The notes under the pieces were generated by a model. The model did no database searches. It was not told the origin of the DNA and saw only the letters and a program-made list of their open reading frames with translations. A DNA stretch of 64,000 nt from Nymphaea colorata (taxonomy: Eukaryota), in contig NC_045138.2 in the NCBI RefSeq assembly GCF_008831285.2, forward strand, positions 14,694,001-14,758,000, in the 5' to 3' direction. Below are positions 1 through 13,044 of this stretch, in pieces. The position numbers and the translations under genes were made by a program. Within the stretch, counting starts at the first letter, position 1, and each line of letters starts with the position of its first letter.

Positions 1-2530
1 TTGACGGTTAAATCGACGGGACATGACCTTAAACGCCGTTTAGATACCGTTAATTGTGGTTTCATTGGTAATTAATGCATTTCCTGAGGGCCATAAGCGG
101 GATGGGCGGTCTATTCCGACGAGGCAGTTATCTTATCCACACAGGCGTTACTCGTTAATAAAGAAAAGATAAAATTTTTAATGACTAATTTACCCCCAAT
201 TAGAATTAAAATGCGTAATGGGTTGGGTTTCGGCCTTTTGCTGACAAAGGAGCGGGTCGGATCGTGACGCTTAACTGAATCCATTTGTCTAGGTCCAGCG
301 GCTTCCATACAAGAAAAGGAAAACACCATATCCAGATAGATATGGATCTCTCGGTAACATGTTCATAAATGTCCGAAATCTAATCTGGATCATGGTATCT
401 ATCAGTATCTTGCATCTGATCCAATTCAGGCCGTTCTTAAAACCCGGAACATATTGCCAAGTTAGCTACAAAGAACAATCGGGAACTGTTTGTCTTGCGT
501 GTGAATATCGGGGCAACCAAGATCTGTTTATAGTCTCCGTTCATCTACTGGTGGGATCTGGATCCCGGTCCAAATTCAATAAAGCACTGCAATCGAATGA
601 GGTGATTAATCTGATTAGATCCATTGCCGAATAACGCAACATCCAAACGAGGACCTGATCCACAGGTCCAGATCTCACAAGATGGATCCGAGCCAACGTA
701 GGCGGGACCCTTTTCCATCCCACTTCCCTCTAATCACGGAATACAATGTGAAGTGGATCCAGCTCAGATTCTACTGACAATTTCCAGTAATTACGGTGTA
801 GCAGGATTGACCGGAGCACATCATTATGGATCTGGATCTGGATCTTCGATTATCCTGATATCTGTCCTTCGTGGCAGCGCTCTTTAAATCCAAATCTTGC
901 AACGAGATGCGCGTCTGGCAGCAGGCAGAATGCGACCAAGTTCGTGATCTCAGTGTCAGAGAATACTTGCTTTATACCAATTAAGCATCGACCAATTTTT
1001 TGGATTTTGTAAGTTCAGGAACTTATGCCAAGTCGGAATTTCCAAAGATTCGCCAATTTTAGTACATTGACCAAAATCTCCCTCAGCTAGGCTTATCCAA
1101 ATTTTCGCAAAGCTTAATGACCGAACTGCCCCTTTCCCTACATGGCCCACCTAACCACCCAGTTCGGAATAAAAATATTAGCTGCGGACTTGGATCCATT
1201 ATCCGAAATGGGTTTTATGGTTCATCACACCTGGACTCGTGTCCAGATCCAGATGTGAGCAAACCTAGTGAAGGAAACTTAATGGGCTATCTAGAGCAAG
1301 ATCCGTAAATCAAATTTCTTTTCAAGTAATCGCTTGTATAAGATTTGTAATTTTAAAAAAATAAAATAAAATAAAATAAACCGAGTTTAAACTGAATCGG
1401 ATCTATTTAAGTATGAGCAAATCCTGTTAGGTCGGTCAATCCTTAGTAGTCAAACGCGCTGTCCTTGTGCCCCACTTGGGTACTGCGCATTATACCTCGG
1501 CGGGGGGCTAAGAACCTAACTCAAGGATATCCATAAATATTTAAATCAATTAAAAATATTGATATTAATATAGTATAAACACAAATTTTAAATGTTTAAA
1601 TAATTAAAAATGGTGGGATCAATATAATATTATAGTTTGATTAATTAGTTATAAATTGATGTCTATGAGAATCTGTGCATATTCTTGTGGATACTCTAAC
1701 AAGGCCATCAATTATATTATTCGCATTTTTTAAGATTAAATGGGATAACAAATAGGTAATAAGTGAAATTAAAATATATTCAAGATTTTACTTTGAAAAA
1801 TAAAGAGAAACTTTTAACGTGTAATTGGATAAGGACCAAAGATAATGATGTTTGTCATCCTTATCGCATTTTTTTTATCGGTTTTTATATCCATTGGTCC
1901 ATTGATGGATGACAGGCCATGTGCAGCCATTGGGCGTCCCACCAAGACTTTCATTATGGCACGGTAGGCCCCCCGGGTTGAAGTCCTGACCAACTTGCTG
2001 GGTCAAGCCACATAAAACTTTATTGGTCCACACCATCCAAACAATAAGGATTGGTGTTTGATACCTTCTGTTCGGTTAATTTACCGAAAAAAAAATATAT
2101 GGCTGAACAATGCAACAAGGCTGGTTAGTTCTTAAGAATGTTAGTTGGGAAATGTAAATCATGCATCACTAGTTTATTAGATCTCGTGTTTGGAGGCCGT
2201 GACTCATTTCAGCTTGGTGGCGCACTTAGTAAGAGCGCAGCAACAAAATTTTCAGAAGCACCTTTTCTTCGTCAGATTTTGTGGCTTATCTTGTGCAATG
2301 AAGAGGATGTCCAGTTTGTCATTCGGTTAAGGCGCCGTTGTCCGTCTGCGGCTGGGTGACTGTATCGCTCTGTTATTCCTCTCTCACCTAATCCCTCTTC
2401 TTTTCATGTGCATTGTATTGTATATTTCATCTTCTTGCTTTTGTTTTTATGGTTTGTTTTTGTATCTAGGGGACCTTTTGTCTTCAAATTTTGTTATATA
2501 TTTTCATTTTATCGGTTCTCTCTTTCTCTT

Positions 2531-2534
<4 letters not shown>

Positions 2535-2577
<43 letters not shown>
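2535..2577. repeat. (AT)n microsatellite (others at ~3543-3577, 4184-4211, 24579-24603, 59364-59403)
   Basis: Direct inspection. Confidence 0.95.
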
Positions 2578-2581
<4 letters not shown>

Positions 2582-3537
2582 TTGATATTGATGTTGTCGT
2601 GTTAGTTGTGAACAGTCTATGCATGTTAAAGGACATATTACAAGGCAGGTCATGAGATAAGGTAGGGCAGTGCCTAATGGAATATGCCTTATATTATCCC
2701 CAAGGAGGAGCTGACTCAGACCCACTGACCATTATTTCTTCAATGTATATATGTGGAGGATATTTATAGGTTTGATAATCTAAAGTCAAATTCCTTGCTC
2801 ATTTTTTTAGTCCCTTACCTTCCCTTTGATTTTATAGAGCTGAACAGCCTATGGCTCAACATGTGCGCCAGTTCGAGGAAACAGGACCCAGTCAAGGACT
2901 CGGCCACTTATAGAGAAAATGTCAGTTTTAAAATCAAAAGGGAGAAAATGTCTGTTTTGGGATCAAAGGGAGAGGGTTTTATCTTAGATTCTTAAATACA
3001 TGGATCTCAAATCCCATGGATTTCAAATCCGGGGCAATCGAACTTGTAAACTTAAAACTTGCAAATTTGAGGGAAAAAAAGAAAAAGAAAAAACGGAGTC
3101 GGAGTTGAGATCCTGGTGCCCTGAATTTCATAGCACCCCGGATATAAACAAACACCCCTAGATTGGAATAATTAAAATACTAATTTGAAGAAATGAAAAA
3201 AAAAAACCCGAATCTATGGCTATCCGTACCTTAGCCATGCTCTGTGACGTAGTTGCAAAAAAATAATCCAAAGAACACTTTAATTTCGACGGGTCTGTCC
3301 CAACCCTACGCAAACGGACATGATTTGGCAAATCGATCGAAATCTTAAAATGCTTTATGATATTTCTTTCATTTATTTAATTGGACAGGCGAGCTCTACC
3401 TTGTCCTTAGATCAACTGTGGTTATCATCATAATGGTCCCACTAATCTGACATATTCACTATTTGGTCCTTGCATGCCATGTGAATAAGTAAAGTGAATT
3501 ATATATACGTGGGTGTGGGTGGGTGGGTGTGTGTCTC

Positions 3538-3574
<37 letters not shown>

Positions 3575-3582
<8 letters not shown>

Positions 3583-4180
3583 AATACTATATAATTGTTG
3601 GATAGTTAAAAATTGTCACCAAAAAAGACCATAAATAGTCGTTAAAGCCACCATAAACAATTGGTAATCCAAATTTGTGATTTTTTTTAGTGTGAGACTT
3701 TTAAATTTTAACCATATGACAACATTTGACGCTCAGTAAGATTAAATTATCTTATATGTGTGCATATAAGAGAGAAAGAGCATGTACAATTAATTAAGTT
3801 GATGGCTCTTATTCTCTTAAAATGAGCGTCAAATGATAACTTTTGTCATTAATTTTTAAGATATGTGCTTAGAGTTGTGCTTTTGGTGCCCATATGCACC
3901 TTGTTTAGTCTTCCAATGCTTTGTGTAGTATTAAAATTTCACATATTCCAAATTGGGGTACACCAACGTCATTAGGCCTTTTCTTTAATGGTCTGAAAGC
4001 AGTACTCAGTAGACTCTTTACAAACGAATACTCCCTCTCTCTCTCTCTCTTTCGTCCTTTCTGTGGACAGAAGCAACTTGAGCAGTCAGTTACCAGCCAC
4101 AAGATTAATTTTAAAACAAGTAAACAACCAATCAAGCGGTATCCGTTTTTTTGGAGTTTTCTTGTGTCCTACCAAGAGCT

Positions 4181-4214
<34 letters not shown>

Positions 4215-4725
4215 GTCTCTTGCAACACACGCCCACGAAGGTGAAATAAAGACATTCTGATAGTGTGGCAGCTTTTTTTTTCATTCTTTGCTATGCGTTG
4301 TATGAAATCTTTCCTATGAATGTGATTTTCGTAAGTAGAAGTTACAAGTTCATATAAAATTAAGATTTTAAAATGTGTAACTGATATTTTTATGAAAGTT
4401 TAATAACCGATTGTGAGCATTTTCAGCTTGTGAAACCCATTCTCTATGTCAAAAAAATGAATAAATATTGTATGTATGTATATGAAGCATTCGCATACAA
4501 AGGATACAGTCTTATTACTTTTGAATCTTAGAAACCATGATTTTGACGTAGCATTCTCTTCTCTAGACCTTTCAAAGCAACTACGATAGGAGGTGTAAAT
4601 GGGTATGAAATGCTATTCAGGTTTTGCTTTTTGACTGTAGCAAATCATTTTTTTTTTTTGTAATTACCCGATCTGATTTCCTTACTTTCTTCACCCAGTA
4701 TATAAAGATTCTATTCATGTGATAA
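3575..4725 (+). repeat. Direct-duplication block A (other copies ~13580-14210, with internal deletion, and ~17638-18290)
   Basis: Near-identical text in the copies. ORFs 3921 and 18017 both begin MCSIKISHIPNWGTPTSLGLFFNG, and AAATAAAGACATTCTGA occurs at ~4244 and ~13830. Confidence 0.9.
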
Positions 4726-6439
4726 GTGCAATATATATAACTAATTAAGCGTTTTGCATGTTTACTTTGGTCAATGGAAAGATTGAGCATATATCCTAAG
4801 TGGGCAGGGAAGACCTCAAGGGCCTCATTGATTAAATGCCTTAAGTTTTATATATTGAGTGATTGCACATAAGAGTTATTTGTCTACCAATCTCTCTCTC
4901 TCTCTCTCTCTGTATTATATTACACATGGACGTTATTAAATGTAAATATTTGTATCCACTAACTTTCTATTTGATTAATATGATTGTGCGACTCACAAAT
5001 AAACACGTTCAAAGCAACCCTTCAAAGAACTAACTAGCAAACTCTTTTTGTTTATCGCTTTCACTTTGATTGTTGGCCTTAATTGTCCTCTTAAAGCGGG
5101 CTCACCCAAAGTTTAATCAACTGCATCTTTATCATACTCAACAAGAAGAAGTCAATAACTATTAATCAACTGCATCAGTATCATGCTCAATAGAAAGAGC
5201 TATTACATGTGCTCGTATATACACGCATTACATATCCCCACTACTACAATAATTTATTTTCTTATTTGATGTTAAAAATAGATAAATAGACTCATTTAGC
5301 AGCTTGAAGTCACAAGTCAAAATATAGCTCTCTCTCTCTCTCTCTCTCTACATATATATTATATTATGTATATATATATATATATAAATTGAATGAAAAT
5401 TCTAGTTTTTTGGAGTTCTCATTTATTATGATGAATGATTAAGAGAAAAGTACAATGAATATCATCTGTTTACTTCAAATCGGCGACACTCAATCTAGAT
5501 AGCTAGAGTCATCATTCAAGAGAGAAGGAATAAAAGAAGAAAAAAAAGTGAAAGTGAAGTATTACTCATCGCACATAAGAAGAAATGGCTACTTAATGGG
5601 GCTGTGGTCCATTATTCGGGGTGTTTGGGATCCAAAAGAAAGCCATGTGAGAATTTAATATTGATGTTTGATTGCACTGGGAAACAGAAAGGTGCTGACC
5701 TTTGCATTCCGGACAACGACACATTTATCACGCCTCTTTTTTGTGCATATTCTCTACGATACGTCACTTTTGAGGGAAAGCAAAGAAAAAGCAGAAAAGA
5801 AAGTCATGGAATATATTTCTTCCTTGACAAAGCAAGAACCCATTTGTTCCTGTTTGAGTGCTCCAGCTACAAGCCCTGTCCAGTCTAAGTGAATGGACGT
5901 AGTGTCCCCAAAAAGGGACCAAGATCACCAACTTCAAAGGTCCTACTATTGCGCGTACTACTGCTAGTACTAGCAGCCGTACGTTTTTGGAGCTTTACTA
6001 ACTTCGGTAGCTCTTAATAAGTTAATTAACCAAAGTAAGAACTTCTGAGAATTTCTAAAATCGGGATTTTTTTTCACGAATATCAAGAACTTGTGGAAAA
6101 CGAAAAAGAAAAATCACAAGGCAAGGCCAACGTGTAAAGCTAAATATCTGATCAATTATGGAGAGGTGATAGTTGCTGGAGGACGACTTTTCCTTTTCCT
6201 GTAGATTATTCAAAAGGCATAAGCTCATGCTTCTGTCAATGAAAGCTGAATGACAATATTTATGGATATATATCCACCAAAGTGGGAAGGAGCATAGTCT
6301 TTTCCCATATCTAAGCTATGCTTCAGCCTAAGCTTCTTTTTCCCATTAATTCAATCGCTTGTTCCTTGTCACACGCACACACATATGAAAAATGCATTTA
6401 TTGTATAATTATCTTATAAGATCTAAATGCAACAGTATG

Positions 6440-7410
6440 TTTTTCAAATGCACGTCTAAAAGATATAATTCTTATGCACACACACACACACATGTTGGAA
6501 AAATTGAAAAAAAAAATCAAAATTTTGGATGTGAAATATCAGACATTATGGTCCAAATGACTTAAAAACAATTGATTTTTTGCACCATTATACAATGGTA
6601 TCCACACATCGGTTTTTTTTTTTTTTTCTGAAAAATTGCTATGGTTGAATTTGGAAAAATTCCAAGTGGGACGACCAAACCACTAAGAACGAAGTGCAAA
6701 CACGACGTCCATATGATACAGATTAGAAATATGTGTGTGCGTGTGTTGGCGTCCATATTTGTCTCGCTCTCCGGGAAATATGTGCTCACTATTACAAGGA
6801 CTCTGATAAGATTGTGGTGGCCATGGGAGAGAGAGTCTAGTCTAAAGTTCAAGTGAGTTATTGTGGCCTTCAAAGTGGGATCATACTCGATCCACACTAC
6901 CAAATTGTTGCATATGATTGGCTCGTAACAGTAACATTGAAAAATATGAAAGCAAATAATAAAACAGACTAGTAAGCCATTTTAATTTGATCCTTTCTAA
7001 TCTAGAGGAAAAGCCTAAGGGCAGGGGCGAGGTCTGGAATTTTTTCGTTGTAAAAGAAGCCAAACTATAGTTTCAAAATTTTAAGATGAAGCGAAATATA
7101 ATTTTTCAAATTTTTATATAAGTTAAAATACAATTTTAAAATTTACCAGTAAAATTTTTGTTTTCTAAAAACTAAGGGAGAGGGTGGGTGTGTTTTAGTG
7201 CACGTAAAATACGTGGAATTCTGTAATTATCATACCCCTTTTTTAATAAAAAAAAAAGAATTATAAAAAATCCATGATTAACTTAGCTGACAAAAGATGT
7301 TTTTATCTCCGAGCGGCATATTTTTTGTTAGTTTATATAAAAGAACTAATGGTTTCTGTTACTAAATAGCTCTTCGTGAATTACACTAAAAATTTGAGCA
7401 CCTAGTTTAC
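6440..7410 (+). repeat. Direct-duplication block C (second copy ~18470-19360)
   Basis: Colinear shared sequence from ...TCTAAAAGATAT to ...CCTAGTTTACA. ORFs 6641 and 18718 both begin MVEFGKI.SGTTKPLRT. Confidence 0.9.
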
Positions 7411-7585
7411 AGTGAAGATGAATTAGCCCTTTGGAAGTCGACGTGGCGAAATGAATTAGCAACGAACCAGATGGCATTTACAATTCAAAATTCAAACTAG
7501 TCTTTCACATAATTTCCAAGCAAAACAAGACCTTTCATTTTTCTCCTACTCCTCCCTTTTCCCCAGGGCATCCCAACAGCGAGAT

Positions 7586-7795
7586 ATGAAGGAACTACAG
7601 TATTATTTATCAAGTTAAAAAATGAAGAAGGAACTACAGTATTATTTATCAAGTTACAAAATGAAGAAGGAACTACAGTATTATTTATCAAGTTACAAAA
7701 TGAAGAAGGAACTACAGTATTATTTATCAAGTTACAAAATGAAGAAGGAACTACAGTATTATTTATCTGCTGCTGAAAATCTATGTTTGGTCTCG

Positions 7796-7832
<37 letters not shown>

Positions 7833-7850
7833 TGCATCAAGTTACAAAAC
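7586..7850. repeat. 39-bp tandem repeat, about 5 copies, last copy interrupted by a ~70-bp insertion
   Basis: GGAACTACAG recurs at 7591, 7630, 7669, 7708 and 7747. The fifth copy stops at ...ATTTATC (7767) and resumes with AAGTTACAAAA at 7839. Confidence 0.95.
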
Positions 7851-8090
7851 CATCATGAACAATTCTTCCCAATCCAAAAGCATCCATCAACATATCCGGC
7901 CTTCTTGGCTTCCAATCAAAAGTGACCCACTGCTTCTCTGAAGCCAAAAATATAGCTGTGATTGCAGCAAGCAGCATACTCCAGTCAGGTAACTGATTGA
8001 TAATGGTCCTTGCTTGTGGAGAGGAAGATGAATATGAGGGGACTTCATTGGAAAGGCCGCTGGGTTGCATGACGTGGGTTGCCCAATGAA
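7845..8090 (-). pseudogene. FATB: Isolated fragment of acyl-ACP thioesterase FatB (N-terminal region)
   Basis: Translates to ...PQARTIINQLPDWSMLLAAITAIFLASEKQWVTFDWKPRRPDMLMDAFGLGRIVHDGFV, the FatB motif (RTFINQLPDWSMLLAAITTIFLAAEKQW...FGLGRIVQDG). No MVAT start, and it breaks off before RQNFSIRSYE. No other FatB exons recognised in the window. Confidence 0.9.
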
Positions 8091-10028
8091 TCTGGTTTAA
8101 TTCTTTTTTTTTTTTTTATATCTGGGTGCCCAAAACGAGTTTTCCATCCAAACTTAGATGGATATATATTTAAGGCACCAACTGACTGCTGACCAGCTTT
8201 ATCGTCTCCATTAGTATGAGAGACTTCTCGAATGGTACGGCATGCAAAACTAAGAATGAAAAATAGTTGAAAAAAAAGATTTCCTCATTTGAGCTTTATC
8301 TCGCTGCCACGACCACGATTGAATTGAATAGGAAACTTTACCTTCATCCTTAGCTTTTTCTTTTCTGAAATGAAAGTATAAAGTTTCATCGTCCATTCAA
8401 GTGGAATCAGACAATTGCACAATGTTGACATAAATCATACGTAATCAATATATCCAGAACTACATCTTCTAAAAAACGTGCCTCCACGAGAACAAAGAAA
8501 AGAAAAAAGTAATAGCTGTAATTTACTTAACCATTTTGAAATGCAAAAAATACTGTCTTTTGGTATAAATAATCGTAAAATTAGTTTGAATTTGTATATC
8601 CATGAAGCATAGAAAGATACCAAAACAGCATATGAAGATCCATTGCTCCAACAGACCTGAACTTTCTCCGTTTGAACTTGGGGGACATCCTCAGTATCAA
8701 CTTGGGGGCTCTCTGTATCGTAAGATGAAGTCCTCCTGGAAGATAACCTCCTTATAGAAGAAACCTGATGGGCTGTTACAATGGAAAGCATTTAACTGCA
8801 CAATGTACATTGAAACTTTGAACAACTACTTAAAAAAGGAAAGGAGGATATGGAACTTTAAGGACTGTAGCTTAATGTGACAACTACCCTATGTTGTCAT
8901 CTGTGTTTTACTCTCTGGTTTTGCAGCACAAAACCATGCATGTTTTTGCTTACCTTTGTATTAAACACTCAATAATGTCCACATCCATCAATGACAAAAG
9001 TTAAAAACAACATCTAAGGCAACTAGCAAGGAAAAGAATCTCATACTTATAATGTTGTACCTACTACTTACTTTTATGTCCCTATCTTCCCGGTTTTTAT
9101 CATACTTGAATGTACAAAATACCATACAATTTTCTTGTTTTGGTCATTTTCTTATATGTCATGTTCATGCTACTGGTTGCCGGAGGCTCTTAATGTGTTC
9201 AAAAGGGTTTGGGGCATGTCTAACGCAGATGTCTAACGCAGACATAGGAAAACAAGCGCTGCGTAAACCGATGCGAGACGTATTGACCGCGAAAAAGAAA
9301 TCTCGCAAAATAAAAGGCATAAGCTTTGGTGTCTCATATACATTGTGTCGCTTTTGCCATTCAACTCCATGAAAAACATAATTTAATACACGCGCAAAAT
9401 AAGGTCTCTAACCACAAAAGGTGACACTTCGTTCCAGATACCGGCTGTACAACAGAGCGAGTCCAGAGTTCAAGAGAAGAAAGCAGGAAATGAAGAGAAC
9501 AAACAAAAAGCAACATCTTGACGTTTACGAGACCTTTCAACTAGAAGATCGCGCTGCGAAGACTCGAAGGCGCACTAAAACATTCGAAAAAGAACTCCGA
9601 ACAACGTGAAAAATAATAAGCTGCAATGCTCCCAGGTGTCGCCAAAAAGCTGGAGATCGGCCATCCAAACCGGGAAACTCAAAGTCATCCAAACAAATGC
9701 AATAAGCTCCCTTTCATGAACGACAGACCAAAACGAAGAAGTAAAAAACGGAGAGAAAGAAACTCACGCGCAGGGTGCTTCTGAGAGCAAAGATAACGAA
9801 GCCTTCTCTCGCCGCCCGGTCTCGGCGCGAAGCCCTCGCCCACACCGAGAGGCACGCGCATGCCCGCAAGCGTCCACGCCATGGCCGACCCACCAGAAAC
9901 AAAATCGAAGCAACTCTTCCGGGCTGGAGGGAATGAGAAGTCTGTCGCGCTCTCTTTGGCTTTGCTACGTTAATCCTTAAATAGGGAAGTAGGGCCTCGA
10001 GAAGCCACCTGGGGCAACCACCTCCTTC

Positions 10029-10407
10029 GAATAGCGTCCGCTTCCTCAACATTCCTCATTAACTTTAAAAAGTTTGTTTGCACTTTATCCTCATTTGCTT
10101 TTCTCGTCTCTTTTTATGTTCCACAGCCTAAGTTAAAAAATAAAATCCTTAATCAAGGTTGCTTGGATAGGGGTGGAGTTAGAAGTTCTTTTTAGGATTG
10201 GCCAAATAGTATTTTCATAAACACTTGATGTTATAACTTATAAGTGCGTTCAAGGATTACATGAGTGCATAAGTATAATGATGACATTAAATTTTAGTTT
10301 ATTATTTGCTCATGGAACATAAAAAGAGACGAGAAAAGCAAATGAAGATAAAGTGCAAACAAACTTTTTAAAGTTAATGAGGAATGTTGAGGAAGCGTAC
10401 GCTATTC
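10029..10407. repeat. Inverted repeat IR1 (arms 10029-10123 / 10313-10407)
   Basis: 95-bp arms are reverse complements with about 2 mismatches. Spacer 189 nt. Confidence 0.95.
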
Positions 10408-10496
10408 TTGGGATTAAGCACAAAAAGTGGTTTTAAACAAAAAAAAAAAAAGGCAAAAGCAAAGTGGGGAACCGCCACTTTCAGTGGATATATATT

Positions 10497-11343
10497 TATG
10501 GATGATGCTGACATTTGGAAAAAATTCCCTCAAACGACAATTCTTTCCTTCTTTTACATCCAGAGAAGTCCACTTCTTCTTAGGAGAGAGTCATCAACTA
10601 AGAAAGAGCCGAGGTGAATCATTTTCCATTAAACAAAAACCTGACCACGTATAGATGGATCTGTTGGAAATTTGTAGAAAGAAACGGAGGAGAAGAAACT
10701 ATGTAGGTTGCATGGGGTCCCCTTCGATGGCAGGGAACAATGGAGAAAGGCAACGGGCAACGGCAAATCTGGTGGTGTAAGATGATTCAGTGGTCAGGAC
10801 GCGTAGAAAAGAAGATTTTCAAAGGAGTAGCAGTCTAAAGAAAATATGTTTTCATTATAAACACGATTTTTATATTAAAAAAAAAACATGGTATGGTTAT
10901 CTCTAACATTAAATTGAGAAATATAAAAACATCATTATCATCATACCATATTTCTTTAAATAAGAAATCCGACTGACTCGAAACTTTTGTCTCATAAACT
11001 TAAGATACAGACCTCATCTTCAAAATGAGTCTCTCTTTGGTGGCAACTAGATCTGAAAAAGGGTTTGTAGTTACAACTTAGAAAACGTAAAAGATTGAAA
11101 AAATAAGTTCGACTCGTTAATATGAAAGAAAGAACATTATCCTCACTTTCTATTATCCTCACTTTTTACAGGAGCATTTACGTTTAATGGAAAATGATTC
11201 ACCTAAATATATATTTTTTCACGAGGAACCGCTCTTTCTTAGTTGATGACTCTCTCCTAAGAAGATGTGGACTTCTCTGGATGTAAAAGAAGGAAAGAAT
11301 TGTCGTTTGAGGGAATTTTTTCCAAATGTCAGCATCATCCATA
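10497..11343. repeat. Inverted repeat IR2 (arms ~10497-10634 / ~11182-11343)
   Basis: TATGGATGATGCTGACATTTGG...CATTTTCCATTAAAC and its reverse complement. About 25-nt insertion in the right arm, spacer about 550 nt. Confidence 0.93.
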
Positions 11344-11572
11344 GATTGTATCACTTACCATGGCAATGTTCTTTAACATGCTAATCAGACTAAACAGAAT
11401 TGAAGAAGATGGAAGTGGGATAATGGCAGTGGCAGGATGCAGAGTGGAAGAAATTAAGCAGCCGCTTTTTTGGTAGTGACCCTTTAATATTATATAATTT
11501 GCCTTCATGTATGAGAACATGAATAGTAGTCGTTCACCACCACGAAGAAGCTTGATTTATTATATTTTATAG

Positions 11573-12141
11573 AGATGAACTGGTAATGAGGAAGCAAGAA
11601 CAGAGAGTTCGTGATCCTAATTAATTTAACGAGGAAATAGAGAAACCTCAAGGCAACAACTAATGGCTCCCGCTGCCGAACCGGAAGTTGCTTTGATTAC
11701 TGGCAACAACTACCACACACATAGGCTGGCAGTGGGTCTGGTCAGCAGTTTAAGGGAGAAGGCATGAATGAATTAAACCAGCTCACTTCTAGATACAACA
11801 GCTTGAATGTACCTTTCGCAAACAAGAAGAAGGTAGCTATCAGAAAATCAGCTAGACTAGGAACCTTCTTCACAAGCAGCAGTTTATAAGTAGAACAGAG
11901 TTTCCAAATTCAATGCTAAATATAAGTCACTTCTGAGACTAGTTTTTCATGCCTTCTCCCTTAAACTGCTGACCAGACCCACTGCCAGCCTATGTGTGTG
12001 GTAGTTGTTGCCAGTAATCAAAGCAACTTCCGGTTCGGCAGCGGGCGCCATTAGTTGTTGCCTTGAGGTTTCTCTATTTCCTCGTCAAATTAATTAGGAT
12101 CACGAACTCTCTGTTCTTGCTTCCTCATTACCAGTTCATCT
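11573..12141. repeat. Inverted repeat IR3 (arms 11573-11768 / 11946-12141)
   Basis: 196-bp arms with about 2 mismatches. Spacer 177 nt. Confidence 0.97.
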
Positions 12142-12425
12142 TCTATATGTCCGCAGAGAAGCCACCAAGAAGAATGAAGCTCAGAGGCTTCAGATTGTCA
12201 TCGAAGCTAATAACGTTTTGAAATTTGGATAGGCCGGCTGCCAATTCATTGAATCAGTTAGAGAGACGCAGAGATAGATAGATAGAGAGAGAGACCAAAC
12301 ATAGAATTTCAGGATTTTCTTAATAACGAAGGATCAAAGGCCAACTTTTCTTTAACTTGTAAAACCAAAAATGGTAGAATCGTAGGACGTAGACGCAGTT
12401 CTTACCAATAAAATCGAAGAAAGTG
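11927..12425 (+). repeat. Direct-duplication block D (second copy split: ~15921-15995 and ~16295-16575; ~60-bp inverted piece at ~7772-7836)
   Basis: TCACTTCTGAGACTAGTTTTTCATGCC...TGTGTGTGG and CATCTTCTATATGTCCGCAGAG...AATCGAAGAAAGTG are both repeated. Confidence 0.92.
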
Positions 12426-13044
12426 AAAAAACGACCCCCTTTTACAGACGAAAGCCACTTTCACCCGAAAAGCGAAAAAGTGGCAGCGGTTTGTAAAGCT
12501 TCGGAGGTGGTGGTAACGTCGCAAAGAGAGAGAGCGCGACAGGGAGGCGATTGCAAAACTATCCAGCATCCAGGCTTTTAAATAACAACCGATTTCCTGC
12601 AGTGTAAGGAAGAGCAGTTATAGTTTTTCCTAAAATGAGAAACTATCTATCTTCTGTAAGGCCCCATCACTAAGATGCCATGGAAGCAATGTTTCCTAGT
12701 CAATATAATCAAAATTTAATAATAAAAACAGTGGAGCTCAATGTTATTAAACGATCATTTTTCTTGGTAGCTGCTATTTTAACGACACCTTTCCTACCAC
12801 CATGAGATTTTATTTTACAAGAAAATTCAATTTCATGATTTTTTTCTTTTTTTGAGACTGAAACATGAAAAAGATATGAAAAGGAAGTATTCATCTATGC
12901 GTTTGATTCCTCGTGGATCTCAAATCCCTCGGATTTGAAACAATGATAACTACACTCCCAACGTTTCCAAGACACGGCCTAATAATAACAACAGGATCAG
13001 ATCTTCTCATGTTCAGACTCCGCTGAGTCATGTCCAATTCTCCA

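Noticed and set aside
1..1450. GGATC/GATCC-rich region and its short ORFs
   Set aside because: Looks like decayed TE subterminal repeats. No TIR/TSD or protein motif could be fixed.
7586..7770. Regular repeats as a CRISPR array or repeat protein (MKKELQYYLSSYK)n
   Set aside because: Head-to-tail 39-bp minisatellite with no unique spacers, in a eukaryotic context. The ORF follows from the period being divisible by 3.
8435..8791. 118-aa ORF / exon-like segment near the FATB fragment
   Set aside because: Splice-like ends are present but no homology recognised. It cannot be assigned to FATB.
12477..12500. Shared element as miR162-related (GGCAGCGGTT) or as a miR482/2118/2275 target
   Set aside because: Only a ~10-nt or scattered match, and the flanks do not fit those families.
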